This document shows, one piece after another, positions 41,272-51,011 of a stretch of DNA of 64,000 nucleotides; position 1 is the stretch's first letter, and each line of letters begins with the position of its first letter. The notes under the pieces were generated by a model. It had not been told where the DNA came from, made no database searches, and saw only the letters and a program-made list of their open reading frames with translations. The position numbers and the translations under genes are program-made. Source of the DNA: a virus; IMG/VR virus record IMGVR_UViG_3300033153_009093, positions 1-64,000 of that record. One strand, given 5' to 3'.

Positions 41272-43416
41272 TTATTCTTTTATATTTTCAACAATTTTAC
41301 TAGAATTAATTGCCACATATCGAATCATAAATTGACAGTTCATTGTGATAGTGGTTGCAAGAATTATATTAAAAAGGCGGGAACGCCTAAATCCCAAATA
41401 TCCATAAACACTATTAGCTATAATCTTATCAACCAATTGAGCAATATTTAAATTTAAAATCTCTGGATCATCCGAAAGTAACCCTTGTTCTTTTACTTTC
41501 TTCTTCATTTCTTTTTTAATTGACTGCCTATCAGAAATAGGAAATCTAATTAACTTACGGAAAAATGATTCTTTAATATGAGCAGGCAAAAACACCGCAC
41601 CCGTTTCTGTCAATACTAATTCCTTTTCATACATCTTTTTAAATATCTCGATTATTTCAAAATGTTTAAATTTTTTAAATATATCATTTACAACATCATA
41701 AATTTCTACAACTAGGTTTTCGTTATCAGTTATGAAAGAAATAAAATTATCTCTTTCATATAAATACAATAGAGCTATATTTTCAGGAACTTGATACACC
41801 CAACTATCGCAACCATTATTCGTTGAATAAATACTAGAGGGGTACATACTACTTGCATCAAAGTCTATCACATTTAAATGAATACCTTTTGATGGTGTCT
41901 TGACATATGCTCCCGGATACTTATCATAATTCCAAATGAACGGAAACTGCCCCTTTGTTAATTTGATATTTTTTAAATCTACCGTTTCTAAATCCTTTTC
42001 AGTTAAATCATTGTATATATTATATTTTACTTCATTCAACTCTTCTTCATTTGTAAATAATGAAAAGGTTTTATTATCTTCTCTTAATCTTTGAATAAGT
42101 TCTAATCTACTATCATTTAAAAAATTCAAACGTCTATATATATTCCATATTTTTTGAGTATAAAAACTTTGAACTTTTATTGCGGATGTGACCATTAATT
42201 TATTTTTCTTTGCTTCTGTAGATATATATGCATCAAGGATATTATTAATTGAAAGCGTTGCCGCAGTAAACCCCCTTGTCATCATTTTTTGTTTAAATAA
42301 AATCTTAACAAATAATAATTTATCATCTATCAATTTATTTAAAATAACATCGCCTACATTATATGTAATAAAATTTATAGGATCTGTTAAATATTCCACA
42401 TTTAAATTAGAAATTTCTATTTTTGCTGTAATATTATCTTCTTCTTTTTTTAAAATCTTTTTGGCAATTTTATTTAACGCATAAGATGGGTAATTGGTTC
42501 GGTCATAAAATTTTATTAATTGAATATAATCCAGACTTAATATTTTAGTAGTATAATATGTATAAGAATTCATACCAGTTTTACTATCTACAATATTTAA
42601 TGTCTGATAAATTTCTCCAAATGAATCATTAAAAGCTCCTAATATTTTGATATGTTTACATCTATTATAAGTATACAATGTATCAAAATTTAAACTATTC
42701 CAACCCATCATTACGTCAAAATTTTTTATATATTTTAAAAATTCTATTATTAATTTTTTCTCATTATCAAATTTAAATATTTTATATTTATAACCTTCAC
42801 CGAATTTTTCTTTTAATTTTTTATATAAACCTTCATCAAAATTTTTAATTTTATCATGATGTAAATTATTATATAAAAAATAAACATTTATGTTGTTTTT
42901 TTGTAAATCAATATGAGCAATAGAATTTATTTCATATTTTGCCTGCTCCGCTTCCGGGAATTCTTTATCATCATGTAAAACTTCAATATCAAATATTCCA
43001 ATTTTAATATTATTTAAATAATCATTATCATATTGGAATATTTCTTGTTGTAAAAATTGAGTTTCGATTTTATAATCATCATATATATCAAATTGAAAAG
43101 ATAATATAGATGGAAATTTATTTAATAATTTTAAATTCTTCTTTCCTTCATATGCACTCGTTAATCCTTTCTTTAACGAATTATAATTCCTATATGTTAA
43201 CGTTAAATCCTTTACCTTTTCTTCTAACGGTAATGTATATCTTATTCGCTTTGTAAATTTAGATAGTTTTACTGTATATTTAGGATCATGTTTATGCCCT
43301 GTTATTTTTTTTGAATTACCATTACTATCTATTTCTTTAATTATATAATGTAAATTATTATCTTTATAAGAATAGTAGGCATCTATTGGGTAATATTTCT
43401 TTGTTTCTGTTGTCAT
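41272..43416 (-). CDS. polB: Family B DNA polymerase, N-terminal part (split gene)
   Basis: Exo I FDIEV, Exo II WNSLNFD, Exo III YNVGD, motif A DFDASSMYPS, motif B KIIANSVYG; TAA follows soon after motif B, motif C (DTDS) absent. Confidence 0.88.
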   Translation of the reverse strand: MTTETKKYYPIDAYYSYKDNNLHYIIKEIDSNGNSKKITGHKHDPKYTVKLSKFTKRIRYTLPLEEKVKDLTLTYRNYNSLKKGLTSAYEGKKNLKLLNKFPSILSFQFDIYDDYKIETQFLQQEIFQYDNDYLNNIKIGIFDIEVLHDDKEFPEAEQAKYEINSIAHIDLQKNNINVYFLYNNLHHDKIKNFDEGLYKKLKEKFGEGYKYKIFKFDNEKKLIIEFLKYIKNFDVMMGWNSLNFDTLYTYNRCKHIKILGAFNDSFGEIYQTLNIVDSKTGMNSYTYYTTKILSLDYIQLIKFYDRTNYPSYALNKIAKKILKKEEDNITAKIEISNLNVEYLTDPINFITYNVGDVILNKLIDDKLLFVKILFKQKMMTRGFTAATLSINNILDAYISTEAKKNKLMVTSAIKVQSFYTQKIWNIYRRLNFLNDSRLELIQRLREDNKTFSLFTNEEELNEVKYNIYNDLTEKDLETVDLKNIKLTKGQFPFIWNYDKYPGAYVKTPSKGIHLNVIDFDASSMYPSSIYSTNNGCDSWVYQVPENIALLYLYERDNFISFITDNENLVVEIYDVVNDIFKKFKHFEIIEIFKKMYEKELVLTETGAVFLPAHIKESFFRKLIRFPISDRQSIKKEMKKKVKEQGLLSDDPEILNLNIAQLVDKIIANSVYGYLGFRRSRLFNIILATTITMNCQFMIRYVAINSSKIVENIKE

Positions 43417-43459
43417 AAAAATTGATTAATTTGTTAACATTTTAAATATGAGGTTAATA

Positions 43460-43594
43460 ATGAAAATAACAGCGTTTTGTCCAGTTTGCAAAGAATAGAT
43501 TGAGATGCCTAAAATAGGATGAAGTAAATTAAAAAAATACTTCTGCAAGGTTTGTAGAAAAGCATATCCTATTCATAGATTAAAGAAAAAATAA
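43460..43594 (+). CDS. 44-aa zinc-ribbon ORF containing in-frame TAG and TGA
   Basis: GAGG RBS; MKITAFCPVCKE*IEMPKIG*SKLKKYFCKVCRKAYPIHRLKKK then TAA. Confidence 0.45.
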
Positions 43595-43604
43595 TACTAA
43601 AAGT

Positions 43605-43823
43605 TTATTCCATGAGTTTTAAACTATAAAAAATTAAATCTCTTTGGACACTAATACCAACTACTTCCAAATCAACCGCTTCATATATTGATTTATTTAT
43701 AATTACTAAATATCCATCATCTACTCTACATTTAGGTATAACATTTTGAAAGAATGTTTCAAATGTTTCATCGCATGCATTTCTAACGTAAATTTTATTA
43801 CAATGATTTATTGTTTCTGACAT
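43605..43823 (-). CDS. Hypothetical protein
   Basis: ORF in operon. Confidence 0.5.
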   Translation of the reverse strand: MSETINHCNKIYVRNACDETFETFFQNVIPKCRVDDGYLVIINKSIYEAVDLEVVGISVQRDLIFYSLKLME

Positions 43824-43825
43824 TG

Positions 43826-44440
43826 TTATTTTTTCTCATAATAGAATACTAATTGATTTGGAAATCTTAAAGTGAAGTTATTAAATATTTTTACTTCTAA
43901 TTGTGATTCAATTTCTTTTACTGTTTTGAATGCTGATAAATGTACATTATTTGGCTTATCTTGTAAAGGAATAGTTCCTATAAGTTTACCATTCTTATTT
44001 AATATTTTTTTTAATTGTATGATAGCATTTTCAGGATTTTTCAAATGTTCAATTATTTCAAATGCAATTATAGTATCAAATTTATTTTCTTTATATGAGC
44101 TATTATCAAGAAAATAATTTACATCCATATTTAAAGCTATTAAATTGGTATGATTTTTACTTTTTTCTATTAACTTATCTATTCGGTTTTTTGAATAATC
44201 TATTGCAACTAAACTATTCATAACAAACTTATTTAATAGAAATAAGGAAGTTTCCCCTGTTCCGCAGCCAAAATCTAAAACATTAGAATTTTTATTGAAA
44301 TCTATATTAAAATAAGCTATAATTTCTTTAAATGTTTTTAATGTCATAGATGCATTTAAAAATTTACGTTTATCAAAATATGTTACATTGTTTTGATAAT
44401 GACTTAATGCGTTTTTCTCCGTTTCATATTTACAATTCAT
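43826..44440 (-). CDS. Class I SAM methyltransferase
   Basis: VLDFGCGTG, IDYS, FEIIEHL, GTIP. Confidence 0.85.
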   Translation of the reverse strand: MNCKYETEKNALSHYQNNVTYFDKRKFLNASMTLKTFKEIIAYFNIDFNKNSNVLDFGCGTGETSLFLLNKFVMNSLVAIDYSKNRIDKLIEKSKNHTNLIALNMDVNYFLDNSSYKENKFDTIIAFEIIEHLKNPENAIIQLKKILNKNGKLIGTIPLQDKPNNVHLSAFKTVKEIESQLEVKIFNNFTLRFPNQLVFYYEKK

Positions 44441-44664
44441 ATAGTCTTAACCTTATTTTATTTGTTTTAAAGTTATTTTATTAAAGGGATTCTTAAAAAT
44501 TGTAACTTTTTTATTTGTAATTAAATCAATAAAACTTATTATTTCCATTGATTTATATCTTCTCTGCAATTTTTTATTATTTGTTTCGAAATAAAATTTC
44601 TTATTATTGAAAATGCATTCAATTTTCATAAATTAATATTATTAAAAGTAAAAGGTAAATTTTA

Positions 44665-45135
44665 ATGCCAAAATATAATAACAATACTCCAGCATCGCAA
44701 GGTAATGAATATTTAAAAGTTCCGCCACATACAAAAGATTTTGAAAGTATTTATTTTTATAACATAAATCATGTTAATATATCAGATGAGCCTCCGTATT
44801 ATAATCCTATATTATATAAAGATATAATAAATTTTTCATCCATAAATAATTTTCAAGTAAATTTAACAGATAATATGATAGGTCAAAACACTTTTCTTTT
44901 TATTCAAGTAAATTCAAAAAATTCTACATCATTGACAGATGTAGAAATAATTTTTAATGATATTAATAATTTACCATCATTACCAATATCAAATTCTGTA
45001 TTTACTATTAATAATAATCATAGAATAAAAAAAATTTTTATTAATACTAAAAATTGTAATGGCGAAATTATCATTTTAGTAACGGATAAATTTATACCTT
45101 CTTTTCCGTCAATGTCTTATGACTATAAACCATAA
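44665..45135 (+). CDS. Hypothetical protein (late-type composition, no Trp, no TAG)
   Basis: AAAGG RBS; near-match to the late motif upstream. Confidence 0.55.
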   Translation: MPKYNNNTPASQGNEYLKVPPHTKDFESIYFYNINHVNISDEPPYYNPILYKDIINFSSINNFQVNLTDNMIGQNTFLFIQVNSKNSTSLTDVEIIFNDINNLPSLPISNSVFTINNNHRIKKIFINTKNCNGEIIILVTDKFIPSFPSMSYDYKP

Positions 45136-45193
45136 AAAATTTAATGTCAAGATTATAAAATATCTTGACATTAAATTAATCATATGATAAAAT
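45122..45193. promoter_or_regulatory. Divergent sigma70-type promoter pair whose -35 boxes form an inverted repeat
   Basis: Minus TTGACA(45150-45)-17-TATAGT; plus TTGACA(45165)-17-TAAAAT. Confidence 0.7.
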
Positions 45194-45219
45194 TATTAAT
45201 AACCAATCAAGGATATATT

Positions 45220-45645
45220 ATGAGAATAAATAATAATAAAAATTTATATATGAAAACTGATAACATTAATAAGTGTTATATAGGATTTCATGAGAACAAT
45301 GAAACAACTAATGATATAATATTACATAATAATATACTAAGTTTATATATAAATTATATAAAAAATAAAAAATTATTATCATTAAAATATTTTAAAATAT
45401 TATTACCATTATATTATAAATTTACATTTAATAAAACTATAATTTATAAAAATATAAATTATGATATTACATTAAAAGAAAATTTAATTACTCTATTAAA
45501 TGATTATTCAGTTATTCAATTATATAAAATTATGTTATATTATATTAACGATGATGATATAGATATTAAACAATTAACGGCAATGTTTTATTCAACTTTG
45601 TATTACATTAATAAGGAGATAAGTACAGATAATGGAATTAACTAA
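45220..45645 (+). CDS. Hypothetical protein
   Basis: Start moved from 45184 to 45220 because of the AAGGA RBS and the promoter position. Confidence 0.5.
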   Translation: MRINNNKNLYMKTDNINKCYIGFHENNETTNDIILHNNILSLYINYIKNKKLLSLKYFKILLPLYYKFTFNKTIIYKNINYDITLKENLITLLNDYSVIQLYKIMLYYINDDDIDIKQLTAMFYSTLYYINKEISTDNGIN

Positions 45646-47173
45646 AAATCAAAAAGGTATTATTGAAAGCGCGAAGGAAAATGGATTTATTAAAATTAAT
45701 GCATTCGCTGGAACAGGAAAAACTACAGTATTAGAATATTTAACAAAGACTTACAGTAATCAAAAATTTTTATATTTAGTATTCAATAAAAATATGGCAA
45801 ATGAAGCTAAAAAGAAATTTCCAGATAATACTCATGTTTATACTATAAATGGTTTAGCTTATAGATTCTCTCGATATGAACTTAATTTCGTAACTGTAAA
45901 AAATGGATATAGAGTTATTGAAATAAAAAATTATCTTAATATTACAAAATATGACATTGCATTAATAACAATAAATATATTTAATTCATTTTGTAATTCT
46001 GCTTTCAAAGATATAAATAAAAAAGTTGTATTGGATCTTATCAATACTAATGATGAAATGAAATTAGTATTCGCAAGAAATAAACAACATATCGATGATA
46101 TAGTTAAACATATTTTAACTATATGGAATAATATGTTTAATTCGGAATTAGAAATAACTCATAATTTTTATTTAAAATATTTTCATATTAATATTGATAG
46201 AATGAAAGATTTTATAAATTATGATTTTATTCTATTAGATGAAGCGCAGGATACTAATGATATTACATTGGATATATTTAATAATTTAAATGGTAAAAAA
46301 GTTTTAGTCGGAGACAAGCATCAAGCTATTTATGGCTGGCGGGGAGCTGTCAATGCTATGACAAAACTAAATGATAGTAATGTTAGAGAGTTATATCTTA
46401 CAGAAACTTTTAGATTTAATAATAATATAGCAACCAAAGCAAATTTTTTACTTAACGACTTATTAGGCGAAAACAAAAAAATTATTTCATATTACCCTGA
46501 TAAAGATAATCAAATAAAATCAAGATGTTGTATAACTAGAACTAATGCCGGTGTCATTAAGGTATTCAGTAAAAATTATAATAAAGGTAAAATAATAAAA
46601 ACTATTAGAAATCCTGACGATATATTTAAATTGCCATTATCTTTATATTATTTTTTAAAAAATAAAACTAAATATAGAAATGAAATAAAAGTAAAATGGC
46701 TTTATAATTTTAGATCAAGAGATGATATAAAAAAATATGCTCAAAGTATTAATGATATTGAACTTTTAACTTCTTTAAGTATTGTAGAAGAATTTTGGGA
46801 AGATTTAATTGATATTTATAAAAATGCAAAAGCATTTAGAAGAAAACGAAAAGTGGATTTATTTATCACAACAGCGCATACGTGTAAAGGTTTAGAATGG
46901 GATCATGTGACAATTTATAATGACTTTCCTAATATATTACAAAAAATATCAACTGTGACCGAAGATATAGATCATTTCAAAATGATAATATCAAATTTAA
47001 ATGATAATAGAAATAGTTTTGCTATTCAAAAAATAATTGAAGAAATAAATTTATATTATGTAGCAGTAACAAGAGCTATATATAAATTAGAAACGGATAT
47101 AACAAATTCTGATTTATTTAATCTTAGCAAAGAAACGATAAATAATTTATTAAAAGAATATCAGGATAACTAA
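45632..47173 (+). CDS. SF1 (UvrD/Rep-like) helicase
   Basis: AFAGTGKTT, VFNK, LDEAQD, VGDKHQAIYGWRG, LTETFRF, TAHTCKGLEWD, YVAVTRA; 5 TGG, no TAG. Confidence 0.92.
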   Translation: MELTKNQKGIIESAKENGFIKINAFAGTGKTTVLEYLTKTYSNQKFLYLVFNKNMANEAKKKFPDNTHVYTINGLAYRFSRYELNFVTVKNGYRVIEIKNYLNITKYDIALITINIFNSFCNSAFKDINKKVVLDLINTNDEMKLVFARNKQHIDDIVKHILTIWNNMFNSELEITHNFYLKYFHINIDRMKDFINYDFILLDEAQDTNDITLDIFNNLNGKKVLVGDKHQAIYGWRGAVNAMTKLNDSNVRELYLTETFRFNNNIATKANFLLNDLLGENKKIISYYPDKDNQIKSRCCITRTNAGVIKVFSKNYNKGKIIKTIRNPDDIFKLPLSLYYFLKNKTKYRNEIKVKWLYNFRSRDDIKKYAQSINDIELLTSLSIVEEFWEDLIDIYKNAKAFRRKRKVDLFITTAHTCKGLEWDHVTIYNDFPNILQKISTVTEDIDHFKMIISNLNDNRNSFAIQKIIEEINLYYVAVTRAIYKLETDITNSDLFNLSKETINNLLKEYQDN

Positions 47174-47178
47174 AAAAG

Positions 47179-47220
47179 TAATTAGAAAGGGATTATTATA
47201 TAATAATCCCTTTCTAATTA
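47179..47220. repeat. Perfect 42-bp palindrome, convergent terminator
   Basis: taattagaaagggattattat|ataataatccctttctaatta. Confidence 0.92.
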
Positions 47221-49668
47221 TACTAAATTATGTAAATAATTTAACTTAGTAGTTTTATTTTTCATAATAAATCTTTTTATTTTATAATATTCATTTATCA
47301 TATTAATATCAAAATTTAAAATATTTGTAGAAAATGAAAATTTTGTCTCATATTCATCTTTATATAAAATAATATCTTTAGGATAATTATTTAAATAATC
47401 TGTTTTTTGTGTTAATATAACAATAACTTCTTTTTCTTTCGTCATGTTATTTTCTAATACCTTTATAGAATTAAACCATTCTATATTAATATAATCATAA
47501 GATATAACAGGTTCATATTTATCATCTAATAATTTCTAATTATTTTCCGCGATAATATTATCAGAATCAACCGAAGATATTGTAATAAACTTATCATCAA
47601 TCTTTATAGTTTCTCCGATATTGCTATAATAATTTACTGAATCATTATAATTTAAATAATAATTATTACTATTTAAATCAATCATAGATTTATTATTTTT
47701 ATTATATATACATGAATCTTCATTAAGCTCTATAAATAAAAATGTTTTATCATCTGATAAATGAATATTTTTATAAGGAACTTGAACATCTTCTATTAAG
47801 TTTTCATTATATTTACTCCGAAGAGAATCAACTATAATTTTATAATTATAAATTATTTTATAATTATCCTCTGCAATTTTATCAACTCCTATTCTTGTTA
47901 AATGTACTGAATTATTTTTGGTTGATTTTATGGGATAATATTTCAATCCTGAAATCGAAGTAACGTAATTCAAATTTCCTTGATAAAATATTTTATCATT
48001 TTTTAAATCAATAAATAATGTAAATATTTTATCATTTTTTAATAATTCTATATACTATAATTTATCGCCATAATATACAGCATCATTAACGGTTGTATCT
48101 GTAATATTTATAGGTATATTGATTTCGTTTAATATAGAATAATTTGTACCATCATTGCAGTATAGTTCAACAAAAAGAGTAGTATTATATAATGAATCTG
48201 TTGCATCAGTATTAATAAATTGAACCAAACTATATAAATTATCATTTATTTTATTATACTATCCATGTTCTGAAAATACATGGTCATATACAACTATATC
48301 AGTATATCCAATATCATTATAATTTATTTCCTTTGCTATTGAAATTTCTTTATCTTTAAATAGTTTATTATGATCTAATAAATCATAATATTTTTTATAT
48401 ACTTGTTTTACGTTCAATATATCAAAAGTATCATTATCAACATTTAAATATTTATCAAACATTATACAATTCTAATCACTATTATCTTGTATAATCTCTG
48501 CTATTTTCATATTTATCAAAGGGATATCAGTATCATTATCAAAATATTCCATTTCGATTTCGGTTCCAATAGTACAGTTATTATTATGATACTATAATTC
48601 ATAATATACTTTTGATATATCAAAAGATGCTAATAAATATAAATTAAGATTAACCTATTCAATATTTCCTATAATTACATTTTTAAATAATGTTGTAGTA
48701 TCATAATATATATTACATCTTAAATTTGCTGTAGTGTCTGAAGTAGTAAACAATAAATCTTTTAATACTTTATAATTCTATAATGTATGTTTATTTTTAT
48801 ATGATAATGTAAAATTCTAATTATTTAATTCTATATTATCATATTCATCGAATAATCCTATATTGGCAGTATTATCAATGTCATTTTCGTTAACAGTTAA
48901 TTCTATATTATTATCATTTTCGTTATATACTATCGGATATAACGTATTATTTGATATAGGAACATTGTCAGGCACTTTAAAAATTAAAGAATTTATTTCA
49001 TATTGATCATCAATTATTTCATTATAATTTGCTTTGTAATTAAAATCATTTTCTTGACCATTGTAAATAATAGAAAACTTTTTACCATGCGTAAATAAAT
49101 TTTTATACTTGTTTATATTTTCTACAACAGGAGGCGTACCGCCATCATTAAATGTTAAATAAAATATATTACTTGTGAACTAATTAGATCCATAATATTG
49201 TCTAATTGTTATAAAATATTCTCCCGGTGAAGAAAAATATTGAACGTTATAATTGTTATATGTATTAGTTCCGTATATTGTATCTGATGCGATATATGAA
49301 CCCGGTTGCCCTCCTGATGAATAATGCTAATAAAATTTCAAATTATAATTCGATGAACTTTGTGAAGGTTTAGTTATACTAACATATCCAGGACTGGATA
49401 TTTCGAATTTATACGTTCTATATGTATATGATGTAGAAGGATTATACGGAGGCGTACAAGCTATGGATGGGTCATTTAGATCAATAGTGTATGGTTGATT
49501 GTTAAATATTTGAGAGTAGCAAGGAATAGAATTGTCTAATTGTTTAATAACTTTTATATCGTTTGACATATTATCCAAATATTGTTTAGTTGGACAATTA
49601 ATTTTAAAATAATTTTTATATTCTGAAGTAGTATCACTAATATTTTTTATATAAAATAGACTATTCAT
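47218..49668 (-). CDS. Large putative virion/tail protein, 816 aa (10 TAG, 1 TGG)
   Basis: Joins four ORF-track fragments in one frame; no internal TAA or TGA. Confidence 0.8.
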
Positions 49669-50939
49669 TAATCATTCCTTATTTCTATTGATTTCGTTAC
49701 CTATTTATATTGTAATGGATAAATAGAATTTACGAATTTTAAATTGACATTACAATATTTATTTATTGCATACTTTTCATTGTCTGTAAAAAATATATCT
49801 TTAGTATCAAATAATAAAAGATGTGACTGAATATTTAATATTTTTATATTTATTTTATTTATTAAAGCAGAGGTGTCATATAAGTTTCCTAAATACTAAT
49901 AACTATCAACTGGAATATTATTATTAATAAATAATAATTCTAATTGTGATAAATATAATTTTTCAACATTGCCATATAAACCAACATTCAAATTTACATA
50001 GGGATTAATATCATTTTCTTCTATTTGAGAATTTAAAAAGCTTACATGAATTTTACAAGTTTGATCTTTTGTTAAATAAAAATACTCTTCTGTAGAAAAC
50101 ATATCTCCATTATCTGAACCTATATCGTAACTAGGCAAATCTTTATCTGGATATACAACAACTCTGGAAGAATTTCCCGCCTATGCATTTTCTTCGGTCA
50201 ATTCATCATTTTCATAATCTATATATTCTCCTAATTTTAACTTATACTATCCAGTGAAATTAGGAGTAAATTCTAAAGCTCTATATTTATATGATGATCC
50301 AAAAACTGGGCATACACTCCCAGCTTTATTAAAAGAAAAATCTAATATTAAAACATTTTCTCCTACTAAAGGTTTTTCTAATTGCGGCAACTGTAAAGTT
50401 TGTTCAATAAAAGAACTCTAGGTCTATTCAAATATATTAGATAATTTATTTATATCATTATCAAAAACTATATCAGGTTTTAAATATGATAATGTTATTA
50501 AATTCATAGCATTTTCGGCTATTAAAACGGAATCTACAAATTTTTTATTGATATTTAAAAAATTTTCCGTTAATAATTTATCTTTCTAAGTTGAATTATT
50601 AACCATATTTTTAATATAAGAAAGATCAATTATTCTATTTTCTCTTATAAATGTCGTATTATAATTATTTTTAATATCTAATTCAACTATAATATCATTT
50701 AAATTGTCAAAATTTCCAATAATACTATTATTTATTTTAACATTTGTAGAATCAGAATATAAATAATTAGGATAACAATTGTTAAATAAATAAGATGTAT
50801 CGGAATAGGATATATCTTTTTTATTTTTTATTTTATCAATAAAAATTAAATTAGTGGTAAATTTATCACTAATTTTTAAAGATTCGTATTCTTTTATTCT
50901 ATATTTTTTTATTGAATAATCTAATGTTATATCTTCCAT
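49668..50939 (-). CDS. Putative virion protein, 423 aa (7 TAG)
   Basis: Joins ORFs 50586 and 49896; FTG*YKLKL; TAA overlaps next ATG (TAATG). Confidence 0.78.
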
Positions 50940-51011
50940 AGTTTACCGTAATACTAGATTTCTAAATTAATTTATTAAATTAATTTAAAAATATAAATTA
51001 GGTTGCTATAA

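Noticed and set aside
39503-41272. Group I intron in polB housing the endonuclease
   Set aside because: No downstream exon with motif C (DTDS) follows the endonuclease, and there is almost no non-coding space for intron core structure.
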